Shown in pieces: positions 10,152-20,417 of a stretch of DNA of 49,291 nt. The first letter of the stretch is position 1, and each line of letters starts with the position of its first letter. Position numbers and translations under genes: made by a program. Source of the stretch: Syntrophales bacterium (lineage in GTDB: Bacteria; Desulfobacterota; Syntrophia; Syntrophales; UBA4778); assembly GCA_963665615.2 (NCBI GenBank), contig CAXXQE010000004.1:1-49291 (forward strand), written 5' to 3'. Below the pieces are notes generated by a model. That model saw only the letters and a program-made list of their open reading frames with translations. It was not told where the DNA came from and did no database searches.

Positions 10152-10880
10152 ATGACAGGCCTATACCGACAGGCGGGGCTTGAGATTTATGAACGAGTCC
10201 ATTACGGTGCCGGGCAACATGTCCTGGAAGTAGCGGACCTCCTCCATTGGTATGGGCGCAGCAGTGCAAAGGTACTCGACATCGGGTGCAGCGGCGGACT
10301 CCACGCGATCGAGTTCGCCAAAAGGGGTTTTGTCGTAACCGGTATCGATGTCGAGGCCTCAGCCATTGAGCGAGCGAAAAAAAGAAGCCGGGATGAGGCG
10401 CTCGCTGTCGCTTTTTATCGTCTCGACGTGGTGCGGGATTCATTGGCCGGCCTCGGCCCATTCGATCTCATCTATAGTATCGGCAATGTGCTCTCTCATG
10501 TACCCAAGAAATGCGCCCTCCAGGTCTTTAAAAAAATCAAGGCGTGCTTTAACCCAGGCGGTATCATTTTTTTCGATCTACTGGCGATCGGGCAGGAATT
10601 TCAGGAGGAAATCCGCGAAGAGGACCTCGGAATCTTATGGAAAAGAAAGTTGAACCGAAATACCGGCGAGATCAGCCTGAAAGGCATCTTCCCGGAATAC
10701 AATCTGGTTGAGGAATTCAACGTATGGGGGTATGATCCAGATGAAGCAATGCAGATGCTTGCCCAATCCGGATTCAACGACATTGCGTATTCCGACAGAA
10801 TTGATTTTTCGTATTCGGGGACGCAATATGCCAATCCTGTCTGCCTGAGATACAGAGCCCGTGCAAAGGAGCGTTTATGA
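10152..10880 (+). CDS. Class I SAM-dependent methyltransferase
   Basis: VLDIGCSGG motif I, VTGID, and FDLIYSIGNVLSH (resembles the glycine/sarcosine N-methyltransferase type). Confidence 0.88.
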   Translation: MTGLYRQAGLEIYERVHYGAGQHVLEVADLLHWYGRSSAKVLDIGCSGGLHAIEFAKRGFVVTGIDVEASAIERAKKRSRDEALAVAFYRLDVVRDSLAGLGPFDLIYSIGNVLSHVPKKCALQVFKKIKACFNPGGIIFFDLLAIGQEFQEEIREEDLGILWKRKLNRNTGEISLKGIFPEYNLVEEFNVWGYDPDEAMQMLAQSGFNDIAYSDRIDFSYSGTQYANPVCLRYRARAKERL

Positions 10881-11200
10881 AGATATTCAATATTCGAAAT
10901 CACTATCATGAAAAATACCGGGAATACATTGTGGGGTCGGCTGAAACCGGAAGGCACAGCGTATATCTGGTCTATGGCGAAGCGGTTTGTGATGAGAAGC
11001 GAACCATGGCCCCTGACGGTCATGATGAAATTCTCTTTATCCTGGATGGCGAGGCGGAGCTGAAAAATGATGCGGAAAAGATATTGATCGGCAAGGAGCA
11101 GGCGGTTTCCCTGGATGCCGACGAGTCCTTTACCTTTACTGCGCTGACAGACTGTCGCTACATCGTTGCCGGTACCCATACGACACCCCATGACCACTAG
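10877..11200 (+). CDS. Small cupin-fold protein
   Basis: GHDEILFILDGEAEL cupin motif and His-rich C-terminus HTTPHDH; ATGA overlap with the methyltransferase stop. Confidence 0.7.
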   Translation: MKIFNIRNHYHEKYREYIVGSAETGRHSVYLVYGEAVCDEKRTMAPDGHDEILFILDGEAELKNDAEKILIGKEQAVSLDADESFTFTALTDCRYIVAGTHTTPHDH

Positions 11201-11412
11201 CCGCGAGGAGAAACAGGGACGATCGACGTTCAATTACTATGACCGACGGACTCGATATTTCCCTTCCTGTTCAACCTATTGATTGCTGTATCACATGTGC
11301 TGCCGACAACTTAGGATGTAAGCGATTCAAATTGACTTTGCCTGTCAATAATGGCTAACCCTTTGTAAATAAAACATTAGCTTTATTTTCACTTTTCACC
11401 ATGGAGGACGAT

Positions 11413-12384
11413 ATGCGGAAAATACGCTATGGTGTCATTGTGCTGCTGATGTTGCTTCTTTGTGCGGTGACGTCTGCATCCGCCAGAGTAAGCATCGGTA
11501 TTCAACTCCCCAACTTGAGCATCGGTATCAATCTACCAGTATATCCAGCGCTTGTGCCTATACCGGGTTGTCCGGCCTACTATGCACCGGACATCGACGC
11601 CAACTATTTCTTTTACGATGGCCTGTATTGGGTATTCCTGGATGATTACTGGTACGCCAGTTATTGGTACAATGGCCCCTGGTCGCTGGTCGAACCATTG
11701 TACGTGCCGGTGTTCGTCCTGCGTATACCCGTGCGCTATTATGGACATCCGCCTGCGTACTTTCATGACTGGCGAGCGGATGCGCCTCCTCGCTGGGGTC
11801 AACACTGGGGACGTGATTGGGAACAACAACGCAAAGGATGGAACAGGTGGAAGCGCAGTTCCGTTCCGGCGCGTGCACCACTGCCAACCTATCAGCGTCA
11901 GTATACCGGAGAGCAGTATCCTCGCAGGATAGAACAGCAGCAGGATCTTCGCGGTCAGTATTATCGTTACCAGTCACATGATAATGCGATTCGTCAGCAT
12001 TTTCAGCAGCAGGAAAAACAGAGAGCGCCTATGCCCGCCGGGCAGGAACGGATGGAGCAACCCCGGATGAGAGCGCCGGAGCAGCGGGAGATGCAGCGTC
12101 AGGAAGAACCCCGGATGAGAGCGCCGGAGCAGCGGGAGATGCAGCGTCAGGAAGAACCTCGGATGAGAGCGCCGGAACAACGGGAGATGCAGCGTCAGGA
12201 AGAACCCCGGATGAGAGCGCCAGAGCAACGGGAGATGCAGCGTCAGGAGCAACCCCGGATGAGAGCGCCAGAGCAACAGGAGATGCAGCGTCAGGAACGA
12301 CAGCCTCAGGGCAAGGAGCAAAGAATGCAGGAGAAGGAAGAACCGCATGAATTTCCGGGGCAGGGGCACGGAAGAAGGGAGTAA
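11413..12384 (+). CDS. Exported protein with aromatic/Pro-rich domain and Gln/Glu/Arg-rich repeat tail
   Basis: Signal peptide ending ASA, VSIGI..NLP...YYAP...YFFYDG.YW..WYNGPW pattern; GGAGG RBS precedes ATG 11413. Confidence 0.8.
   Translation: MRKIRYGVIVLLMLLLCAVTSASARVSIGIQLPNLSIGINLPVYPALVPIPGCPAYYAPDIDANYFFYDGLYWVFLDDYWYASYWYNGPWSLVEPLYVPVFVLRIPVRYYGHPPAYFHDWRADAPPRWGQHWGRDWEQQRKGWNRWKRSSVPARAPLPTYQRQYTGEQYPRRIEQQQDLRGQYYRYQSHDNAIRQHFQQQEKQRAPMPAGQERMEQPRMRAPEQREMQRQEEPRMRAPEQREMQRQEEPRMRAPEQREMQRQEEPRMRAPEQREMQRQEQPRMRAPEQQEMQRQERQPQGKEQRMQEKEEPHEFPGQGHGRRE
12061..12300 (+). repeat. 5 x 48-bp in-frame tandem repeat (PRMRAPEQREMQRQEE)
   Basis: Units start at 12061, 12109, 12157, 12205 and 12253 and differ by only a few bases. 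Confidence 0.95.
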
Positions 12385-12703
12385 GGGCTGGACTGGCCAT
12401 GCAATCATCAACCAATATGACTTGTTTATAGGGTGCCATCGCTGAATGACGCACTATGATGATAGGTCATGATCGACGAAGGAGAGAAATTCAGCAATAA
12501 ATCTGCTTCAACCCTATTCTTCGGTTGCTTCAGCGTTGCCCACTTTGCAGGTGTAACTTTCTGTTAACGCATTTTGGTCATAACACCAGTGGAAGACGCC
12601 TCTTCCGCGCCTGTTGTTTTCCTGATTCCACAACCCTATGCAGTTTTCCTGTTTGTGAACCGGATTGCTAAGAAAATTCAAAAAATCGTAGGAGGGACAT
12701 GAG

Positions 12704-13513
12704 ATGAAACGCGTCATGGAAATAGTATTTCTTGTTGTCATAGGGCTCCTTACGATTGGCAATGCCGCCGAGGCTGCGCAGAAGATCGAGGGCCGGACTG
12801 TCGAGTATACGGCGGGCGGCGTGACGATGAAAGGGTATCTGGCCTATGATGATGAGGCCCGGGGAAAGCGGCCAGGTGTGCTGGTTGTTCATGAGTGGTG
12901 GGGACAAAACGCCTATGTCCGCAAACGAGCCCGCATGCTGGCACAGTTGGGCTATACGGCTCTGGCGCTCGATATGTACGGCGAAGGCCGGACTGCAAAG
13001 CATCCCGATGACGCCGGCAAGTTCGCGTCCGAGGTCATGAAGAACTTTCCCGTTGCCAGGGAACGGTTTTTGGCGGCGCTGGAGTTCCTGAAAAAGCAGC
13101 CAACCGTGGACCAAGACAAGATCGCGGCGATTGGGTACTGCTTCGGCGGAGGCGTGGTTTTGAACATGGCGCGTCAGGGCATAGATCTGAAAGGCGTCGC
13201 GAGCTTCCACGGCAGCCTGGCGGTTATAAAGCCGGACCAGCCAACGCCGATCAAGGCCGCGGTTCGCGTTTACAACGGCGCGGACGATAAGTTCTCCACG
13301 CCTGAACAGATCGAGGCGCTTAAAAACGAGATGGCCGATCAGAAAGTGAACTTCAAGTTCGTGAACTACCCCGGCGCGGTTCACAGCTTCACGAATCCCG
13401 AGGCCACGGCGATCGGCAAGCAATTCAAGATGCCCGTTGCCTATAACGCCAAGGCAGACAAGGCGTCATGGGCGGATATGCGGCAGTTCCTGAAAGATAT
13501 ATTCGCGAAGTAG
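12704..13513 (+). CDS. Dienelactone hydrolase family protein with signal peptide
   Basis: VLVVHEWWG, IGYCFGG nucleophile, VASFHG and YPGAVHSFTNP motifs. Confidence 0.92.
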   Translation: MKRVMEIVFLVVIGLLTIGNAAEAAQKIEGRTVEYTAGGVTMKGYLAYDDEARGKRPGVLVVHEWWGQNAYVRKRARMLAQLGYTALALDMYGEGRTAKHPDDAGKFASEVMKNFPVARERFLAALEFLKKQPTVDQDKIAAIGYCFGGGVVLNMARQGIDLKGVASFHGSLAVIKPDQPTPIKAAVRVYNGADDKFSTPEQIEALKNEMADQKVNFKFVNYPGAVHSFTNPEATAIGKQFKMPVAYNAKADKASWADMRQFLKDIFAK

Positions 13514-13584
13514 AATAGGGGGGCCGCATCTATGAGGTCTTAGGGGCGTTGATGCAGCAATAGTTCCCCTTGAACCCTTGAACC

Positions 13585-16203
13585 CTATTTCAGAAGCTTC
13601 TTCCACTCCCCGATCCTGTTCAAAGCGTCGAGCGGGGTCATGTTGAGGACATCGAGATCCTGAAGGTCGCGCAGGATCATTTCGTCCGGTGAGGCGAAGA
13701 GTTGGAGCTGGCCGGGATTTTTCTGGGCCGCGTCTTTCTTGGGTTGGGCGATTTTTGGCATGCCGACGTCGTCGAACTCGCCGGTCTCGAGATTTTCGAG
13801 GATCTCGCGGGCCCGCTGGATCACGGCATCGGGGACGCCTGCGAGCTTCGCGACCTGGATGCCGTAGCTGCGGTTGGTGCCGCCGTCTACGATCTTGCGC
13901 AGGAAGATGATCTGGTCTCCCCATTCCTTGACGGCGACGTGATAGTTCTTGACGCCATCTTTGGTGCGGGTCATGTCCATGAGTTGGTGGTAATGGGTGG
14001 CGAAGAGGCAGCGCGCGCCCAGGTTCGGCGCGTCGTGGATGTGTTCCAGCACGGCCCAGGCGATGCTGACGCCGTCGAAGGTGCTGGTGCCGCGCCCGAC
14101 CTCGTCGAGCAGGATGAGGCTTTTGGGCGTGGCGTGGTTGAGGATGTCGGCCACCTCGGTCATCTCGACCATGAAGGTGCTCTGGCCGCGCGCAAGGCTG
14201 TCTGATGCGCCCACGCGGGTGAAGATCTTGTCCGCGACACCGATCTGCGCGGAAGCCGCCGGCACAAAACTCCCCATCTGCGCCATCAGCACGATGAGCG
14301 CGACTTGGCGGATATACGTGGACTTGCCCGCCATGTTGGGGCCGGTGATGATCATGCAGCGGCTGCCTGTCATGTCGAGGCAGGTGTCGTTCGGTACGAA
14401 CCCTTCGGCAAGTGCCATGCGCTCGACCACGGGGTGGCGGCCGTCGCGGATGTCGATGCGGTCTGCGTTATCCACGATCGGGCGGCAGTAGTTGTAGCGT
14501 TCTGCGACCTCGGCCAGGGCCGTGAGGGCGTCGAGATCGGCAATGCGCGCCGCGGTCGATTGAATCCGGTCGATCTGCGCGCCGATGCGGTCGCGGATCT
14601 CGGTAAAGAGCTGGAACTCGCGCGCCTTGCGCTTGTCCTCGGCGTGCAGCACCGTGTCCTCGTGTTTTTTTAGTTCGTCGGTGATGTAGCGCTCGGCGTT
14701 GACGAGGGTCTGCTTGCGGACGTAGTCCGCCGGAACGAGGTGCGTGTTCGTGCGCGTGACCTCGAAATAGTAGCCGAAGACGCTGTTGAAGCCGACCTTG
14801 AGGGAGTTGATGCCCGTACGCTTGCGCTCCTGGTCTTCCAGGGCAACGATCCACTTCTTGCCGTCGCGCATAATGGTGATGAGTTCGTCGAGCGCTGCGT
14901 CGTAGCCTTCGCGGATCAGGCCGCCGTCGTGCAGCATGGGTCCGGGGGTGTCGGCAATAGCCTTGGCGATCAGGTCGGCCAGTTCGCGCATCTCGTCGAG
15001 CCCGGTGGTGAGCGATTGGAGGAGCGGGCTTTCCAGTTCGCGCAGCCGTTCCTTGATGGCCGGGATCTGTTGCAGCGAGGTTTTCAGAGCGACGAGATCG
15101 GGCGCATTGGCCGCCTTCATCGCAATGCGGCTTCCCAGGCGCTGCAGATCATAGACGGCGCCGAGCTGCTTGCGGAGTTCCTCGCGCAGCAGATGGCGGT
15201 CGCGGATCTCTTCGACGGCACCCAGGCGGTCGTTGATCTTCCTGGGATCGATGAGCGGGTAGTGCAGCCACCAGCGCAGCCTGCGGCCGCCCATGGCCGT
15301 CACGGTCTCGTCGAGGACATGGAAGAGGGACCCCCGCTTTTTCAGTTCCTGGATCGTGACAAAGAGTTCCAGATTGCGTTTGGCGTTGTCGTCGAGGGAC
15401 AGATAGTTGCCGGTCTGGTGCCACTCCATTGTGCGGATATGGCTGATCCGGCTCTGCTGCGTGTCGCCGATATAACGGAGCGCCGCGCCGGTCGCGGAAA
15501 CGACGGCCGCATGCGAGGCCTGACGAATGTTGAAAGGGACGCTCGTGAAGGTGTCTTCCATCAGCCGGGCGCAGGCATCCGCGTCGAAGTAATCGGCAGC
15601 CAGATAGTTGATCAGGCAGTCGTGCTTGAGGGACGCAAGCTGCTTGAGAAACGGGCTTCCTCTCAGTTCTTCCGGCAGCAGGATCTCGCGGATGTCGAGC
15701 GCGGCCAGTTCGTTGAAAAAGAAATCCAGATCCGTGGACTGGATCGCGCGGAAATCCCCGGTCGAGATATCGACGAAGGCGAGGCCAACGGTCGCGTCCT
15801 TTATGGTAATACCGGCCAGGAAATTATTCTGTTTGGCGGAGAGCTGGTCGTCGTCGATGACGAGGCCCGGGGTGATGATGCGCACGACCTCGCGTTTGAC
15901 AACGCCCTTGGCTTCCTTGGGATCTTCAACCTGTTCGCAGATGGCGACCTTGTAGCCGCTGTCGATGAGCCTGGTGATATACGCCGAGGCTGCATGCCAC
16001 GGAAAGCCGCACATGGGCACGCCCTCTTCCTTGTTCCTGTCGCGGGAGGTGAGGGTGATTTCGAGGACACGCGCCGCCGTGACGGCGTCTTCGAAGAACA
16101 TCTCGTAGAAATCCCCCATGCGGTAGAAGAGAATGCAGTCCTTGTGCTTTTCCTTTATCTCCACATACTGCTTCATGGCCGGGGTGAGGCTGACTATTCC
16201 CAT
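13585..16203 (-). CDS. mutS: DNA mismatch repair protein MutS
   Basis: TPAMKQY, FYRMGDFYEMF, GPNMAGKSTY, GQSTFMVEM, LDEVGRGTS and SYGIQVAKLAG; 872 aa, intact. Confidence 0.98.
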   Translation of the reverse strand: MGIVSLTPAMKQYVEIKEKHKDCILFYRMGDFYEMFFEDAVTAARVLEITLTSRDRNKEEGVPMCGFPWHAASAYITRLIDSGYKVAICEQVEDPKEAKGVVKREVVRIITPGLVIDDDQLSAKQNNFLAGITIKDATVGLAFVDISTGDFRAIQSTDLDFFFNELAALDIREILLPEELRGSPFLKQLASLKHDCLINYLAADYFDADACARLMEDTFTSVPFNIRQASHAAVVSATGAALRYIGDTQQSRISHIRTMEWHQTGNYLSLDDNAKRNLELFVTIQELKKRGSLFHVLDETVTAMGGRRLRWWLHYPLIDPRKINDRLGAVEEIRDRHLLREELRKQLGAVYDLQRLGSRIAMKAANAPDLVALKTSLQQIPAIKERLRELESPLLQSLTTGLDEMRELADLIAKAIADTPGPMLHDGGLIREGYDAALDELITIMRDGKKWIVALEDQERKRTGINSLKVGFNSVFGYYFEVTRTNTHLVPADYVRKQTLVNAERYITDELKKHEDTVLHAEDKRKAREFQLFTEIRDRIGAQIDRIQSTAARIADLDALTALAEVAERYNYCRPIVDNADRIDIRDGRHPVVERMALAEGFVPNDTCLDMTGSRCMIITGPNMAGKSTYIRQVALIVLMAQMGSFVPAASAQIGVADKIFTRVGASDSLARGQSTFMVEMTEVADILNHATPKSLILLDEVGRGTSTFDGVSIAWAVLEHIHDAPNLGARCLFATHYHQLMDMTRTKDGVKNYHVAVKEWGDQIIFLRKIVDGGTNRSYGIQVAKLAGVPDAVIQRAREILENLETGEFDDVGMPKIAQPKKDAAQKNPGQLQLFASPDEMILRDLQDLDVLNMTPLDALNRIGEWKKLLK

Positions 16204-16643
16204 CGGTCCCCGTCCTTTTTGTCGAGGTCGATCACATCCGAACGTCCATCATGGCGGTTCGACGGGCCGGGTTGCTGCGGACGTACGGGGCGGATCGGGG
16301 CGACCTCGCGTAAAACCAGGTTGAGGAGCCAGCTTACGATACTGATTGTCAGGGCCCCGAAAACCGCGGGCCAGAAGCCGACAACGTCGAAGCCGGGAAC
16401 GATCATGGCGACCAGCTTCAGCATCAGCGCATTGATGACAAAGGTAAAGAGGCCGAGCGACAGGATGTTGATCGGAAGGGTCACGAGCAGGAGCACTGGC
16501 CGCAGTACCGCGTTCAGAACACCCAGTCCAGCAGCGGCAAGAACCGCGGCAGAAAAGCTGCTGACGTTGATGCCGTCAAGCGTATAGGCGGCCGTCAAGA
16601 TGGCCGCGGTCATCACCAGCCATTTGATGAGAATGTTTTTCAT
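16194..16643 (-). CDS. Phage holin family (YvlD/DUF360-like) membrane protein
   Basis: LNAVLRPVLLLVTLPINILSLGLFTFVINALML...GFWPAVFGAL signature. Confidence 0.88.
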   Translation of the reverse strand: MKNILIKWLVMTAAILTAAYTLDGINVSSFSAAVLAAAGLGVLNAVLRPVLLLVTLPINILSLGLFTFVINALMLKLVAMIVPGFDVVGFWPAVFGALTISIVSWLLNLVLREVAPIRPVRPQQPGPSNRHDGRSDVIDLDKKDGDRWE

Positions 16644-16902
16644 GTCGGCTCCGGACGAAATCGGTTTCCAGTCTTCCGGGACTGGTTTTCAGCATAAACT
16701 CATTAGATCAAGCTGACCGCTGCTTTTGTATCCCGCCATTCCCATTTTTTCAAGGGCAAAACAGCAATGGCATGCGCAGGCCCTTGGACAGTGGTTGTGA
16801 ATGGCCGATTTGATAGGCGTTTCCCGGTTTTATCTTGCAAAAACAGCTGGTTTCGTGTACATACTAGCGCTTCATTTTAAGTCAAAAGCAAGGTGGGGAA
16901 GC

Positions 16903-18843
16903 ATGGCAGGCAGATCAATCGCACAGAAAATCATTGAAGCGCATCTGGTGTCGGGGCGCTTTGAATCGGGCAGAGAAATCGCGCTAAAAATCGATCAGAC
17001 GCTGACGCAGGATGCCACGGGGACGATGGCCTATCTTCAGTTTGAATCGATGGGCATCCCGCGGGTGCGAACGGAACTCTCGGTCAGTTATATCGATCAC
17101 AACACGATCCAGATCGGTTTTGAAAACGCCGACGACCATCGCTATCTGCAGAGTGTTGCGCGTAAGTATGGAATTTACCTGTCGCGCCCCGGAAACGGGA
17201 TCTGTCATCAGGTTCATCTGGAACGCTTCGGCAAACCGGGCAAGACGCTTCTCGGATCGGACAGCCACACGGCAACCGGGGGCGGTCTCGGCATGGTGGC
17301 CATTGGCGCGGGCGGTCTCGATGTCGCCCGGGCGATAGGGGGCATGCCTTTTTTCATGAACTGTCCGAAGGTCTTCCGTATCGAACTCAAGGGACGCTTG
17401 CAGCCTTGGGTATCTGCGAAGGACGTCATCCTCGAGGTGCTGCGGAACTTTACGACCAAGGGCAATGTCGATTGCGTCTTCGAGTATTCGGGCGACGGGG
17501 TCAAAACCCTGTCGGTACCGGAGCGGGCTACGATTACGAACATGGGCGCGGAATGCGGGGTCACGACCTCGCTCTTCCCGAGCGACGAGACGACGCGCGC
17601 TTTCCTGAAGGCACAGGGGCGGGAGCAGGACTGGACGCCGCTGGCAGCAGACGACGATGCCGTTTACGATCGCACGCTCACGATCGATCTCGCAACGCTG
17701 GCGCCGCTGGCCGCGATGCCGCATAGTCCGGACAACATTGCCGCGATTGCCGATATTGCAGGTCGCCCTGTGCAGCAGGTCTGCATCGGGAGCTGTACCA
17801 ACGCTTCTTATAAAGATTTCGCCACAGTGGCGAAGATCCTTGAAGGAAAGATCGTCCATCCGGACGTGAGCCTCATCATCGCGCCGGGGTCGAAGCAGGT
17901 GCTGGAAAACATCGATCGCGACGGCTATCTGGGCATGCTGATCAAGGCGGGGGCGCGTCTGATGGAGAATGCCTGCGGCTTCTGCATCGGAAACAGCCAG
18001 AGCCCTGGCTCGGCAGGGGTGTCATTGAGAACCTCGAACCGCAACTTCATGGCGCGTTCGGGAACGGCCGATGCCGATGTCTATCTGGTCAGTCCCGAGA
18101 CGGCGGCCGCTGCAGCGATTACGGGAAAAATCACCGATCCGCGGACGCTGGATCAACGCTATCCGGAGACTGAGATTCCGGAAGCCTTCGTGATCGACGA
18201 CCGGATGATCGTGACGCCGGAAGCGCCCGAGTGCGCAGCCGGGGTCGAGATCGTTCGTGGACCGAATATCGGTGCGCCCCCTGCCGTCAGCGCAATGCCG
18301 GAAAACCTCGACGGGGTGGCAGCGATCAAGGTCGGCGACAAGATCACGACGGATCACATCATGCCTGCCGGGGCGCGGATGAAGTACCGGTCGAACATTC
18401 CAAAGTATGCTGAGTTCGTCTTCGAAGGGGTCGATTCCGAGTTTTCCAAAAGGGCTGCGGCCGCGCGCGATGCGGGAAAACACAATGTTATCGTGGCCGG
18501 TCTTTCTTACGGGCAGGGCTCGTCGCGGGAGCATGCCGCGATTTGTCCGATGTATCTCGGGGTCAAGGCGGTGCTGGCCAAGTCCTTCGAGCGCATTCAT
18601 GCGACGAACCTCGTCAATTTCGGCATTCTGCCGCTGGTCTTCAAGAACGCCGACGACTACGATCGGATCGCCCAGGGAGACAGCTTGAGCATCGATAACC
18701 TCGGCACGTGCCTGCGCGAGGGCGGCGCCATCATGATCCGCAATACCACGAAGAATCAGGCCATCGAGGCGACCTATGCGCTCTCCGAACGGCAGCGGCA
18801 GATCCTGCTGGCCGGCGGGGCGCTGAAATACAGTGAAAAGTAA
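16903..18843 (+). CDS. acn: Aconitate hydratase (short ~650-aa type)
   Basis: DQTLTQDATG, GICHQVHLE, GSDSHT, IGSCTN, CGFCIG, RTSNRNF and GSSREHAA motifs; start chosen at ATG 16903. Confidence 0.93.
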   Translation: MAGRSIAQKIIEAHLVSGRFESGREIALKIDQTLTQDATGTMAYLQFESMGIPRVRTELSVSYIDHNTIQIGFENADDHRYLQSVARKYGIYLSRPGNGICHQVHLERFGKPGKTLLGSDSHTATGGGLGMVAIGAGGLDVARAIGGMPFFMNCPKVFRIELKGRLQPWVSAKDVILEVLRNFTTKGNVDCVFEYSGDGVKTLSVPERATITNMGAECGVTTSLFPSDETTRAFLKAQGREQDWTPLAADDDAVYDRTLTIDLATLAPLAAMPHSPDNIAAIADIAGRPVQQVCIGSCTNASYKDFATVAKILEGKIVHPDVSLIIAPGSKQVLENIDRDGYLGMLIKAGARLMENACGFCIGNSQSPGSAGVSLRTSNRNFMARSGTADADVYLVSPETAAAAAITGKITDPRTLDQRYPETEIPEAFVIDDRMIVTPEAPECAAGVEIVRGPNIGAPPAVSAMPENLDGVAAIKVGDKITTDHIMPAGARMKYRSNIPKYAEFVFEGVDSEFSKRAAAARDAGKHNVIVAGLSYGQGSSREHAAICPMYLGVKAVLAKSFERIHATNLVNFGILPLVFKNADDYDRIAQGDSLSIDNLGTCLREGGAIMIRNTTKNQAIEATYALSERQRQILLAGGALKYSEK

Positions 18844-18848
18844 ATGGA

Positions 18849-18883
18849 CAATAGTGAACAGTAAACAGTCAACAGTGAACAGC
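18849..18883 (+). repeat. 7-bp tandem array (AACAGTG-like)
   Basis: aatagtg aacagta aacagtc aacagtg aacagcg immediately after the aconitase stop. Confidence 0.75.
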
Positions 18884-18905
18884 GAGAGGGACAAGCGCAG
18901 CACTT

Positions 18906-18989
18906 GTCATTGCGAGCGCAGCGAAGCAATCTTGGAAGTTCCCAAACACATTGGATTGCCACGTCGCCTGAGAGGCGGCTCGCAATGAC
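18906..18989. repeat. REP-like palindromic element
   Basis: GTCATTGCGAG...GAAGCAATC...GATTGCCACG...CTCGCAATGAC with perfect 11-bp terminal IR. Confidence 0.85.
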
Positions 18990-19100
18990 GGGAGAATTCA
19001 CTTTTCGACTTTTCATGAAATTGTCGAAATACGTTAGAGGCACCAAAGAAATAGTAACGGCCAATAGCGAATGGCTAAGGGCTGAATTGGGGAGTGAGAC

Positions 19101-20312
19101 ATGGAAAAGATTAAAGTAAAGACAACCCTGGTGGAGATGGACGGCGACGAAATGACCCGCGTCATGTGGAAGATGGTGAAGGACAAACTCCTCTTCCCCT
19201 TCCTCGACATGGATATCGATTATTATGACCTCCACATCAAGCACAGGGACGATACGGACGATCAGGTGACCTTCGATTCGGCCAGGGCGATCATGAAGTA
19301 CGGCGTTGGCGTCAAGTGCGCCACGATCACGGCGAACCAGGATCGCGTGGTCGAGTACAAGCTCAAGAAAATGTGGAAGAGCCCGAACGGTACGATCCGG
19401 TCGATGCTCGACGGCACGGTCTTCAGAACGCCGATCCTCGTCAAGAACATCAAGCCCTTTGTCTCCTCTTGGGAAAAGCCTATCACGATCGGCAGACATG
19501 CCTACGGCGATGTCTATGACAATACGGAAATGCTGGTTCCCGGCGCCGGCAAGGCGGAGCTGGTCTTCACGCCTGCGGACGGCGGCGAACCCAAGCGCCT
19601 GACGATCCATGATTTCAAAGGGTCCGGCATTCTGCAGGGCATTCACAACACCGAGGAATCGATCCGGGGGTTTGCGCAGGCCTGTTTCCGTCTGGCCCTC
19701 GATCAGAAGATGGATCTCTGGTTCAGCACCAAGGACACCATCTCGAAGATCTACGACGCGCGTTTTCGCGCAATCTTCGACGAGGAGTTTATCAACTGGA
19801 AGGCCGCGTTCGATAAGGCGGGAATCGAGTATTTCTTTACCCTGATCGATGATGCCGTCGCGCGTATTGTGCGCTCCAAGGGCGGACTCCTCTGGGCGCT
19901 CAAAAACTACGATGGCGATGTTCTCTCCGACATGGTTGCGTCGGCCTGCGGCAGCCTGGCCATGATGACCTCGGTGCTGGTTTCACCCAAGGGATACTAT
20001 GAGTATGAGGCCGCCCACGGCACAGTTCAGAAGCACTACTACAAGCACATGAAGGGCGAGGAGACCTCCTCGAATTCGATGGCGCTGATCTTCGCCTGGA
20101 CGGGCGGCTTGCGCAAGCGTGGCGAGCTGGACGGAACGCCCGATGTCGTGGCCTTTGCCGACAAGCTCGAAAAGGCAGCCATCGCGACGATCGAAGGCGG
20201 CGTCATGACGGGAGATCTTCTGGCTATTGCCGAGCCCGGCCCCGATAACCGCAAGGTCAACACCGAAGGTTTCATCGACGCTATTGCGGAGACGCTGGGG
20301 AAGACGCTGTAA
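19101..20312 (+). CDS. icd: NADP-dependent isocitrate dehydrogenase
   Basis: [35 protein letters not shown] and EAAHGTV motifs. Confidence 0.96.
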   Translation: MEKIKVKTTLVEMDGDEMTRVMWKMVKDKLLFPFLDMDIDYYDLHIKHRDDTDDQVTFDSARAIMKYGVGVKCATITANQDRVVEYKLKKMWKSPNGTIRSMLDGTVFRTPILVKNIKPFVSSWEKPITIGRHAYGDVYDNTEMLVPGAGKAELVFTPADGGEPKRLTIHDFKGSGILQGIHNTEESIRGFAQACFRLALDQKMDLWFSTKDTISKIYDARFRAIFDEEFINWKAAFDKAGIEYFFTLIDDAVARIVRSKGGLLWALKNYDGDVLSDMVASACGSLAMMTSVLVSPKGYYEYEAAHGTVQKHYYKHMKGEETSSNSMALIFAWTGGLRKRGELDGTPDVVAFADKLEKAAIATIEGGVMTGDLLAIAEPGPDNRKVNTEGFIDAIAETLGKTL

Positions 20313-20417
20313 GCAGCGGCTAACGCCGCAGTCACGGGTCACGAGTTACAAGTAACGAGACAAGATCGTGGCGATTTATCTCTGACTGACTTGGTTCCTT
20401 GAAAAGTCAGAAATCAC

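Noticed and set aside
12061..12300. CRISPR-like regular repeats
   Set aside because: Units are contiguous with no unique spacers, lie in frame within a CDS, and no cas genes are present.
14740..16587. 615-aa plus-strand ORF and other long antisense ORFs (e.g. 16984-17859, 31607-32512, 48324-49256)
   Set aside because: Shadow frames opposite well-supported genes in GC-rich sequence, with no recognisable motifs.
16194..16643. Prophage suggested by the holin-family gene
   Set aside because: This YvlD-like family is common in chromosomes, and no phage genes are nearby.
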